Below are positions 47,901 to 53,954 of a DNA stretch of 64,000 nucleotides, piece by piece. A model generated the notes under the pieces. The model did not search any database. It was not told where the DNA came from and saw only the letters and a list, made by a program, of their open reading frames with translations. Both the position numbers and the translations under genes were made by a program. How positions within the stretch are numbered: the stretch's first letter is position 1; each line of letters starts with the position of its first letter. Source of the stretch: Candidatus Omnitrophota bacterium (GTDB lineage Bacteria; Omnitrophota; Gorgyraeia; Tantalellales; Tantalellaceae); assembly GCA_043823005.1 (NCBI GenBank), contig JBDRBG010000013.1:25233-89232 (forward strand), written 5' to 3'.

Positions 47901-50718
47901 TCAATTAACGGAAGAAGAAGGAAATGAATTAAAAAGAAGAATAGAGATAGACGGCTTAAGTTCTTTGCAAGGGGCAAAAGAATACACAAGAAATGTGTTT
48001 GTGGTGTTTAAAGGGAAAATAGATCTTTTAGGGCGGAAAGAAGATATAACAACTGCTATAGAAAAATATGTGATTGTGCAAGCTCTTAAGATGGCGCAGG
48101 GTGAAAAAGAATTAGCGGCGCGAAAACTTCTTATTCCGGAAACTGTGCTGTATCCCAAAATAGAACAAATTATGACACCAGGGACTCTGGATAAAACAAC
48201 TGTTAGTATTGAATATGATTTTACGGATCCGGAATTATTTAAAGAAGCTAAGGAAAGAGAAAATTTAGCTATTGAAAGGCAGATCCGGGATTTTTCAAAA
48301 GGGGAAAAAGATACTATTGATTTAAACGAACTCAAGGGATTAATGAAAAGGGAAATAAATTTTGCAATGGTTTCCTGGGCATTGAAACAATCAGGAGGAA
48401 ACAAGGCTAAAGCGGCGGAATTATTAGGTGTTAGCAAAAGGACGTTGTGGAACAAAACAGAAGAGCAGAATCTGGGGTATGCGGATATACAGGAACTAGA
48501 CGCGGTAAGAGCCGTAGAGACATCTGATAAGACTATAACATTAATTGAAAGGGTGCGCAAAACTAACCAAAAACTGGAGGAATATTTGATGGTCCAGGCA
48601 TTAATATTGACAAAAGGAAACAAACAAGAGGCAGCACGTAAATTAGGGATTTCAAGACGTACTTTGTATGACTATTTAGAACGGAGTAACAAGAGAGAAG
48701 ACTATGCCCCAAAAAGCTTTTGCTGTATGAAACAAGATATCGAGTTAGACAAACTTCTAAAAGAGATTAGATGCTATTTTAGGGCGCGAGAACAAGAAGA
48801 ACTTTTAGTTGATTCTAATATGTTGAAAAAAGAATGGCTGAAGGAAGAAAAAATGGAAGAGAGTGTAGCTTTTTTCTTATCTTTTTTTTCTGAAGGAATG
48901 GTAGATATTGTTAATGAGATCAGACAATTTGAAATGAACGCAATAGAGAATATTGATTTGACAAAACTAATACAAAGAATAGCAAACGAAATAGAAGCGA
49001 TGATAATTTCTGAAATATTACATAAAACAAAAGGTCATAGAACTAAAACAGCAGAATTGTTAGAAGTGAGCAGAAGGACGCTTTATGAGAGGATGGAACA
49101 ATGCAAACTGCTTTATCCTGAAAGAACAGCACAATACGCGGAAAAAGCGAAATGGGGCAAAGATGTTCATGTTAAGTTAAAAGATGTGCGGGCAAAGATC
49201 GATGACAAAATGAAAGAATATTTAAGCAGAGTTGCTTTGTTGAAAACCAAAAGGAATCGCACAGCAGCGGCGTGTTGTCTAGGGATTTCCAAACGTACTT
49301 TATATGACTATTTAATTGAAATAAACAGTGCAAGAGGCGACAAAGAGTATTCATTAGCATTTGTTAAAGAATTCAAGAGTTTACCCGTACTGCTAGAAGA
49401 AATCTTACAATGTTTGACGAAACCTTGTTCGCTTGAAAAGAATATATTCCGGGAAGAAATGGATAGCCTTGTCGGCCATGCAAAACCAGAAAAAAAAGAC
49501 ATACTTACTATAGACGAAGCCTATCAATATGTTGCTAAAGCAACAGAAAATATTGATACGGACAAGTCAATGGCTATAACAGAAGAGATTTTAAAGTACC
49601 CAATAAACGATATTTTGGTTGTGGGCACAGGTTTGATCGGGATGTCGTTTTTATTGGCGCTTATGGATAAACAAGTGACTTTTGTGGATCCTTGCGTGGA
49701 CAAGGTCCGGGATATGGAGCGATGGGCTCAAGCAATAGAGCAACAGACAGGACAACCCCTAAACATACAATTTGTTTGCGCATCAATCGATGAAATTAAT
49801 GAACAAAAGTATGATCTTATTACTTTGATTGATTTTGAAGAAAACGCATTAGGTGTCGAATTTGACAAAGCATTATCAAAGGCTCGGGAAATTCTTCGCG
49901 AAAGAGCATATCTTGTAATAGATAGTAACTATAACGGAAAGGGAATAAAAGTTCTAGAGGATTATTTTAAGACCTGGCAAATGTCCGGTAACAATAAGTT
50001 TTATGAGGGGAGAATCTCTAAGTATGCAAAGAACCGGATTGTTTTAGTCGAAAATCCGGAGGTAGCAGAACCAGAGAAAGAGATATTTGAGCAAGAGCAA
50101 AACAGTGCAGGAAAAGATTTTTTTGATGAACTGATTATTCAAGCAATTAAGGCAAAGCGACGCAGAGAAAAAATATTGATAGCTATTGATATAAGCTGGA
50201 TCCCTGAGATGCATCAATCTTTTATGCAGGGGGTTTTAAATCAATTGGCGCGGATATACAGAAAAAAAGGCCTGGATAATGTTTTAATACATAGAAGGCC
50301 TGACGCGGAAAGGACGATAAAGATGATAAAAGACACAATTTTTTATGAAGATATTAAACTATCAAATGTTATAGCTGTTACAGGAAAAGAAACAATAGAA
50401 TCCGGATTTTTTAATGAAATAAGAAGCAGTGAAAATGAAAAAAAAGCGCTTTTACTCGGGATCAGCAATAAGGATTTGAACGGAGAAATTGATTTGGAGG
50501 ATATGGTCAATTATATCGGAATTTTAGAAATGCTTACAGGTGCTTTAAAATTAGTTTCTTGTAAAAAAGAACCGGAATCAATCGAAATTCCCGGTGTCGG
50601 AGAATTTAAAAGAATAACACCGCGTACCTGGGTAGTATTTCCCAAAGAACGCAGACTAGTTGAAGAAGTAAAAAAAGAATATAAAACCCAAAAAAAACAC
50701 ATAAAATCCGCCGCATAA
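35926..50718 (+). CDS. 4930-aa giant multidomain exported protein: 2 MTase-like, wHTH, 2 SecA-like ATPases, ~14 Fis-like HTHs, a third MTase-like domain and a conserved C-terminal domain
   Basis: Single 14.8-kb ORF; signal peptide ending VFA; EAFAVVRE, GKT, YLAKRDA and DEAD/DEGD each occur twice; repeated ALxxTxGNKxxAAxxLGISRRTLY motifs. Confidence 0.93.
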   Translation: MIRHQTKYKFWIKSITIAVLCLFVVNDFVFAINTIKERMPKYTLAPVSRLSPMVTITGTGKDLSIVEEFSDISNLAEEFKKDISFSYITQLISQVLTDYGVKITAQGLIKLISQDLAHIDFKKYRFDGLYQDEEVFYLPCCLSCMGKEWENKIYLRYYPKKYKPQGSFDEYKVLKTIDLKSEEIICEVCCLKKDNPEILQKFVLENPQKKPEDKKNDMIDTRPVKANLLHELYVEHDMAVKEIINLENKLLTAVYGGAGADISNFLLSTNAQKGYFISQYKNFWSELSAQDLKECFESLSAEAYIKKYCSKWYSKSKYHDGYGTAAFIWTNWQIIAALALELKAIGVDLSTVKVIKEKGCPAIQFKWNYSGAEEKEYKIIFVNADITRPEEYQDILKDEKIDIYYQRAGLEIAKNYKKKTKSFINFINQCMRKDGYYVTDDNIWSSFWFIKAKTPPFPVKAKEIKTPRIIDMDKKVLKLRKWCFLAADNIKAYGVCVNIRKKLDTENEQDINNNIDQRLVKAGLLHELYVEHDMAVKEIVNPDNKPLTVVYGGAGADISNFLLSTNAIKAFFVDKVEIDIERIQKLKYESWDKLEQLIEQVKTEEGESYRAYKERFGYGITWGETEEEKKDLELLILFELKAIGVNKNSIRIRNNKGFPEIKFKWTYLNGVQKQYSITFINTAIDEPEKYPKLLQDVLKKKIDIYYQRAGNYIASNYEKFLPLIASKLKAGGFLITDDFLPIGTSGSFLKKLVQKHLKDMYIANPDLLLADKERSIFTQKDEMKNDRIKQAERKIIEDRQRYVKDSSGNFSHYGWDVHLRQKIRSVNTVKPPPGTPATLLKYMYDNKIFKDNAKTAMDMAGQRGGKDSLSTIYYELNVLRRVGLAIKSGTRYYLREEAIEMLPETIINENPELNIAYPSEQEKTRMKERLKTGFSPKTKIDFLRNQGFIGPKDIMNEFGRKRKKGEQQFLWDDVTDPAKLFMINKLAGSFGIQPGELTVGHFMKNREVFNGKNIRSLINWFDAKSGCNGSYKEALKKLKQYFKIQDLIDRQIQTSELLRLIRQGRAKEGINIWERSIKSAKLFVLQIVSAKRRKKIEQLNVYDIRGGLACFKGNGVSGIIDWAMRKFYCKNSSGVGVHRLKKYLGKQDKVPPHPVLCLFCTDWEEAIKSGVLSCKTLAEEVRAVDLKVRESFNGEDEPHYNAEYFSTVRILEKKDFILPVLKQWSGAKNKIGIESLMRIYCRQIRPILYGLDEKKKSGCDSIDVPSRNLVSEKPVPDKQENKIIFRGIGKNEDMDYTNLFRDLDAETRALGWPLARRQRYLTLLASINSLESRMKELTERELQAKTKEFKARLDLEETLDDLLPEAFAVVRETARRVINERPHDIQILAGIAMHEAKGIEMDSSQGKTLTAMMPAYLNALTERGVQIHTTNNYLAKRDADYIGRIFDFLGLTSGAITSKGSFLFKKEGNPRTTSKIRNLCVLPHKNQEEIRVSKRRIYNTDVVYGWAREIVFDKLKDDLADGRGNLVQRNLAPELIIVDEADSLLIDENKDMLVLAAQNKNFFERRFFELIYDFSGRYIPKIDYSVDIYERTVSLTGTGKVLIEELLLESPALKKIDREYLVLLMEKALEIQFYAKDEDYTVCSGKKVVIVDKYSGRLKDGNVWEHGVQQFIEKQEKTVLHEMIFSVHEMTYKNYYGHQEKIAPMSATLLSEEEEISANYGVEIVKMPLRVESRRENLYPLVFLTKEEKRAAICKDVLAMQKKRRPVLIGVSTIREAENIKKILNKAGIFPEILDGRNETIESSIIERAGQCSGVTIVTPAGARGVHIRLGQGVSARGGLHAIGGVFYENKRMEDQFNKRAARGGDPGSSRNYISLDEENIRIFGGDDRKKLKQALKNLEQLGLSQEEAILSSEGREIIRNIQHLLGRIRKRQEDYVRRSRERFLKYDDIIDPFRECFFSFRRSILELEDEGERRKTLKLIDDLWIRCQLDLSRLKGRVDIKKYEKIVNMKFDKIADCIKNNCKIIPAPKQNIPGGENIELMEQMAFSPETQNIYIHKNSILIKEYEFMFEAGEKQLKEQVLLISDFMGGNIPKINLMELIKRKQERIEKAIIARAILQTESDRETAELLNCEERFGYNKRKQYGWDRKEWHKIIEYSEGVPYVPFLGIDLKKILKEVRETLGQYLVKGALFWTTGDKTKALEKLGVNIDTGKEITELLAKYRGDKQYVAQKLHITKNQLNLCLQETKEVLGWLEDVCALEVPEEPKTCVFEDIRGYSYQNDLKCGFIQSKTGKAPEALGKIRKEQREKLSPVNIPDSEDLVNYIQTKIDLFPQSFLQTNLPEWITMQVSVCRREFNGALERIKNNKIFSFKALIYDDEDYALGYGDEEEIGIAEELLGLEKPLLAEYLFHEAICFKVGHKKARELQSFLFPENYSTTDAGIRKSKLQEELRAVIKKKVDSKEPESKKEEADALEEKGIEQEEKFTGIRFLKDRILIIKKDFRFSLQTPRVKDALSRMHNFMRKKLPSIDMNQLIKKIKEEIEKPLIAGAFVQTKGKKCQAIELLDMYSAEFHNKFQKYNFLDTELLREYAKNVPVIPAEGIELKKIIKEAVNKLEKHLIVRTLKQTKGHRSETAKRLKVSLAGLWYKINQLFEENDGISKVSTGTKRREDMPVDTEPAIEVSDSLSGDKLEAGGQVEDVVTSKKPAWAGFKGLSLKEMDEIIAIINRNAHLKQAAAKLGMSHYKLGTKIQEIRESALVREDKRRIESLDRALVFLPSYTNRLLNALKKTNGNQTMAAQRLGQQPAYISMMLKTAKKAIINKGNGYLFAKYDQLPVSKRGKGRKKKEEGIMPHINKAEAIVETTTTEDNIPEEKIEPKTIENLRDAGELHSDTEETKDREAVIDAAIEEITTTEDNSLKENIEPKTDVQETEEMQETQTIAEPVLQEEEQVQVEDIELPENKEILQKVKDLGWDNKTIVRYLGQLNRINELEKDIQALSDKELALKTQEFKLKLKDKTTLDDILLEAFAVVRETAWRVIGKKPYDEQILAGIAIHEGKAVEMISGEGKTLAAIMPAYLNALTEKGVHIHTVNDYLAKRDANLMGQVFDFLGLRTGVIVQGKSYLFDKQLKRTREEDFNFLRQSNRAIMMTKKDAYEADIVYGYNRELAFDHLRDNLIHKATARVNGRSPVLTIVDEGDSILIDENIEPLVISIPRTDNLLKYIFREVYKFSKNLVYGIDYEINSLEKIAILTEKGKERIKDYIKENQYLSNMDIYLLIDFTENAIASELYVKDVDYVVEKNNAGEQEIVAYDEISGKLKSQSVWEKGLQQFIELKEDCILTAVSPVVIAICYKNYYSKMEKLSAMSGTFESVAQEAKKYYGLEFLKIPMRNESQRKDLPDIIVATDKEKWTLIINDICEKYTKGQPVYVGTRSIKEAKWLKEQVQKKGIHANVFDGLDPRNEERIIGDAGRPGAVTITTQIGGRGVDIEVPGVSVRRGGLYVIGSGLYKDKRVKGQLRFRTGRNGQVGSTVFYVSLEEEDIVLFGEEELINLKKEVDSLTKMSRKERTGRDDVRRDILKKQIKQRVETIQKQMQEYRFNMREYAIQIDDRLDYKRRFFYCMKNMNSQRHNSDKGLIRLNSLWASYFSNIWPTRNRISKAKNIQEDIFDKGFQQMIRKIKQVPSLYEELWDVNVPSGFYDLLKDINREQKTQEIGIFEKGEREFDLINKTCGFKFSIGQSGYGNTVELLKNRMHGIKLRDFITAITQETEKFLILKGLAETGGKKESVAKLLKMGINTLTDRIQKYHLEKSESLKKNIRNNAGLLFENKHFYQRVKSIVEESENCLIMCVLREQDFDVKKTAKILDVSLGYIIFKVLEINAKIEFKKNLYCDMTEKTEEENEEMPVVSGSFSQKDVAYKIVIQNNGLNIEGKDFNMTISTPRIKQCLLSIANFAKGREAQINLMEIKEEIGNELMKSIFCKTKENNMHSFDIAQLTEEEGNELKRRIEIDGLSSLQGAKEYTRNVFVVFKGKIDLLGRKEDITTAIEKYVIVQALKMAQGEKELAARKLLIPETVLYPKIEQIMTPGTLDKTTVSIEYDFTDPELFKEAKERENLAIERQIRDFSKGEKDTIDLNELKGLMKREINFAMVSWALKQSGGNKAKAAELLGVSKRTLWNKTEEQNLGYADIQELDAVRAVETSDKTITLIERVRKTNQKLEEYLMVQALILTKGNKQEAARKLGISRRTLYDYLERSNKREDYAPKSFCCMKQDIELDKLLKEIRCYFRAREQEELLVDSNMLKKEWLKEEKMEESVAFFLSFFSEGMVDIVNEIRQFEMNAIENIDLTKLIQRIANEIEAMIISEILHKTKGHRTKTAELLEVSRRTLYERMEQCKLLYPERTAQYAEKAKWGKDVHVKLKDVRAKIDDKMKEYLSRVALLKTKRNRTAAACCLGISKRTLYDYLIEINSARGDKEYSLAFVKEFKSLPVLLEEILQCLTKPCSLEKNIFREEMDSLVGHAKPEKKDILTIDEAYQYVAKATENIDTDKSMAITEEILKYPINDILVVGTGLIGMSFLLALMDKQVTFVDPCVDKVRDMERWAQAIEQQTGQPLNIQFVCASIDEINEQKYDLITLIDFEENALGVEFDKALSKAREILRERAYLVIDSNYNGKGIKVLEDYFKTWQMSGNNKFYEGRISKYAKNRIVLVENPEVAEPEKEIFEQEQNSAGKDFFDELIIQAIKAKRRREKILIAIDISWIPEMHQSFMQGVLNQLARIYRKKGLDNVLIHRRPDAERTIKMIKDTIFYEDIKLSNVIAVTGKETIESGFFNEIRSSENEKKALLLGISNKDLNGEIDLEDMVNYIGILEMLTGALKLVSCKKEPESIEIPGVGEFKRITPRTWVVFPKERRLVEEVKKEYKTQKKHIKSAA

Positions 50719-50725
50719 ACCCCGG

Positions 50726-51237
50726 AAATGGGGACGGTTGTTGTATACGCTCAATAATTTGGTAACATTTTTTAAGGGGGCCTTACTGCTAACTTCGTTT
50801 GTCGTCATTGCGAGAAGCAAGAGCGACGCGGCAAACTCGAATGAAAATAGAATAAAGAAAAAAAATTAACCTCAGAGAGCACAGAGACACAGAGGGGGGA
50901 AACAAACTGAGGCGAGAAGAGGGAAAAAAGATATTGTTGGGTTTTGAATAGCTCTGTGACTCAGAGACTCTGTGGAGAAAAATCTGGAAATCGGTCTTTA
51001 AAAAAGCGAATAGTAGTTGGTGCATAGTGGAAAGAGATTGCCGCGGTCGCTCAAGCTCCCTCGCAAAGACGGATGAGGTTCGCTTTCGGACGTGTCCTGC
51101 GCCTGAGCAACGCGAATGGAACAGGGAGATGGCTCCGACTAACGACCCCCGACTAACGACTAACGTGCCGGAATGGGGACGTTTCTGAAACTAATCCCAG
51201 ACCCGTCCCAATTTCAATCCCACACCTGTCCCCTAAC
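50726..51237. repeat. Composite repeat cluster downstream of the giant gene
   Basis: 50804-50902 matches 35301-35398; 50936-51070 matches 35548-35684; 51176-51221 is the inverse of 35200-35245. Confidence 0.88.
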
Positions 51238-51358
51238 AGTTGATAGGCAGTTTGTAGATGGTCCTGAAACTGATGCAGTAGATGTCCCTAATATAAAAAT
51301 CACTTGCGTTGTTTAGCGTTATTTGATAGAATCACAGCTTACAAGAATCACATTCTAT

Positions 51359-51433
51359 CGCGGGGTGGAGCAGAGGTAGCTCGTGAGGCTCATAACCTCA
51401 AGGTCGGAGGTTCGATTCCTTCCCCCGCAACCA
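51359..51433 (+). tRNA. Initiator tRNA-fMet(CAT)
   Basis: CGCGGGG/CCCCGCA acceptor stem with C1xA72 mismatch, CAT anticodon, ACCA end; upstream TTGCGT-17-TAGAAT promoter. Confidence 0.95.
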
Positions 51434-51481
51434 AAAAATAAGGGATTTCAAATATATATTTTTGAAATCCCTTTATTTTTT
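51434..51481 (+). terminator. Intrinsic terminator after tRNA-fMet
   Basis: AAAAATAAGGGATTTCAAA...TTTGAAATCCCTTTATTTTT. Confidence 0.8.
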
Positions 51482-51626
51482 AAACATTGATACAATAACT
51501 GTGTTAAAGCATATCTGCTTATTTCGATATAAATTGACAGAACTATATTATATATGATATAAAAAATACTCTAGCCAGAGAAGCATATCGCAAATTTTCT
51601 TATTAAAATGAAAGGGAGAAGCAAAG

Positions 51627-52922
51627 ATGATAGAAAGATATACCCGTCCGGAAATGGCAAAAATATGGACAGAAAAGAATAAATTCCAGAAAATGCTTGA
51701 TGTAGAGATCCTTGCGTGCGAGGCTTTTGCTAAAATGGGCATTATGCCTAAGGAAGCAGTCAAGATCATACGGGAAAAAGCGGATTTTGACGTAGAACGC
51801 ATAAAAGAGATTGAAAGTAAAACTAATCATGATGTTGTAGCTTTTATTAAAAATGTATCTGAAAATGTAGGGGAAGAAGCAAAATATCTGCATTATGGCC
51901 TAACTTCCAGTGATGTTTTGGATACAGGACTGTCGATCATGATGGTAGAAGCTATGGATATCCTTATACAAGGGGTCAAGGATCTGATGGGAGCTTTAAA
52001 AGAGAAGGCTCTTAAATATAAAAATACGCCTATGATGGGCCGGTCACATGGCGTACATGCTGAACCCATATCGTTTGGGCTTAAAATGGCGCTTTTTTAT
52101 AAAGAAATGGAACGTAATCTCAAAAGGCTTAATGAAGCCAGAGAGACTATTGCAGTCGGGAAAATATCCGGATCTGTAGGTACTTTTGCTAATGTGGATC
52201 CTTTTGTGGAAGAATATGTATGTAAAAAACTTGACTTAAAACCCGCAGGTGTATCTAGTCAGGTTTTGCAAAGGGACAGGCATGCTTATTATTTGAACGC
52301 GATTGCTATTGTAGGTACTACTCTTGAAAAAATAGCCATTGAAATACGCGGTCTTCAAAAAACAGAGATAAGTGAAGTGCAGGAATTTTTTGCCAAGGGG
52401 CAGACAGGATCTTCAAGTATGCCGCATAAGAAGAACCCTATAATCTGTGAGAGGATAACGGGATTGGCGCGTGTATTAAGAGCAAATGCTATTGCCGGCA
52501 TGGAAAATGTCGCGTTATGGCATGAACGAGATATCTCGCATTCTTCGGTAGAAAGAATAATTGTTCCGGATTCAACCATTCTTTTGGACTATATGCTGGA
52601 TAAAGCAACAAAACTAGTTTCATTGCTTGTTGTAAACGAAGAAAAGATGATGAAAAATATAGGAGCAACACACGGATTGATTTATTCTCAGCGGATGATG
52701 CTCGAACTAATAAAAAAAGGCGCTAACCGAATGCAGGCTTATGATATTATTCAGGGGACTGCTTTGGAATGTTATGAAACGGGCGCGGAATTTAAAGAAT
52801 TGGCGCTTACCAGTGAAATAATAAAACAGTATCTTTCAGAACAAGAAATACAAGAATGTTTTAGTCTGGAGTATCATTTAAGACATATGGATATGATCTA
52901 TAAAAAAATCGGAATAAAATAA
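51627..52922 (+). CDS. purB: Adenylosuccinate lyase
   Basis: MIERYTRPEM, HYGLTSSD, GRSHGVHAEP, GSSSMPHKKNP. Confidence 0.98.
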   Translation: MIERYTRPEMAKIWTEKNKFQKMLDVEILACEAFAKMGIMPKEAVKIIREKADFDVERIKEIESKTNHDVVAFIKNVSENVGEEAKYLHYGLTSSDVLDTGLSIMMVEAMDILIQGVKDLMGALKEKALKYKNTPMMGRSHGVHAEPISFGLKMALFYKEMERNLKRLNEARETIAVGKISGSVGTFANVDPFVEEYVCKKLDLKPAGVSSQVLQRDRHAYYLNAIAIVGTTLEKIAIEIRGLQKTEISEVQEFFAKGQTGSSSMPHKKNPIICERITGLARVLRANAIAGMENVALWHERDISHSSVERIIVPDSTILLDYMLDKATKLVSLLVVNEEKMMKNIGATHGLIYSQRMMLELIKKGANRMQAYDIIQGTALECYETGAEFKELALTSEIIKQYLSEQEIQECFSLEYHLRHMDMIYKKIGIK

Positions 52923-52934
52923 AGGATATAGTAC

Positions 52935-53939
52935 ATGCCAAAAGATATTACATACAAAAAGGCCGGAGTTGATATTGATAAAGCTAATAAGCTTGTTAAA
53001 GATATGAAAAATTTGATTAGTTCTACTCGAATCAAAGGAAGTCTGGGGTCAATCGGAGGGTTTGGCGGGTTTTTTGATCCAAAAGCCCTGAAGATTAAAA
53101 ACCCGATTCTTGTTGCGGCTACTGACGGTGTTGGCACGAAATTAAAAATAGCTGAGATAGCAGATAAACATGACACTATAGGTATAGATCTGGTTGCTAT
53201 GTGTGTAAATGATATTCTTTGTTCAGCCGGCCGGCCGCTGTTTTTTCTGGATTATTTTGCTTCAGGTAAACTTAATGAGAAGACCTGGGTTGAAGTTATC
53301 AAAGGAATAGTCAAGGGGTGCAAAGACGCCGGATGTGTACTTTTGGGCGGAGAAACAGCAGAGATGCCCGGGATGTACAAAGGCGGAGAATATGATCTTG
53401 CGGGTTTTTCAGTAGGCATAGTTGATAAACGCAAAGTAATAGACGGCAAAAAGGTAAAAGCAGGAGATGTGATTCTGGGGGTGGCTTCAAGCGGTTTGCA
53501 TTCTAATGGATATTCTTTGGTACGCAAGATATTTAGTCCCGCTGAGATAAAAAAGCAATACAAAATCCTTCTTAAGCCTACGATTATTTATGTGAAACCT
53601 TTTTTAGAAATTAGCCAAAGGGTAACAATAAAAGCAGTTGCGCATATAACAGGAGGCGGGTTTTACGATAATATACCGAGATCTCTGCCAAAAGGGAAAA
53701 AAGCTGTTATTTATAAAGGCAGCTGGCAAATGCCCAGGGTATTTGATCTTATTAAAAGCAAAACGAAAATAAAAGAAGAAGAACTTTACAGGACCTTTAA
53801 TATGGGCATTGGCATGACCTGGGTGCTTTCAAAAAAAGACGCGGATAAAGCAAAAGAAATGCTTACCCGGAAATATAAAATTAAGAGTTGGATAATAGGA
53901 GAGATTATAAACGGAAAAGTTGGTGTAGCGATAAATTAG
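52935..53939 (+). CDS. purM: AIR synthetase
   Basis: YKKAGVDI, TDGVGTK, GGETAEMPG, SSGLHSNGYS, HITGGG. Confidence 0.98.
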   Translation: MPKDITYKKAGVDIDKANKLVKDMKNLISSTRIKGSLGSIGGFGGFFDPKALKIKNPILVAATDGVGTKLKIAEIADKHDTIGIDLVAMCVNDILCSAGRPLFFLDYFASGKLNEKTWVEVIKGIVKGCKDAGCVLLGGETAEMPGMYKGGEYDLAGFSVGIVDKRKVIDGKKVKAGDVILGVASSGLHSNGYSLVRKIFSPAEIKKQYKILLKPTIIYVKPFLEISQRVTIKAVAHITGGGFYDNIPRSLPKGKKAVIYKGSWQMPRVFDLIKSKTKIKEEELYRTFNMGIGMTWVLSKKDADKAKEMLTRKYKIKSWIIGEIINGKVGVAIN

Positions 53940-53954
53940 ACGGAGGAAAGAATA

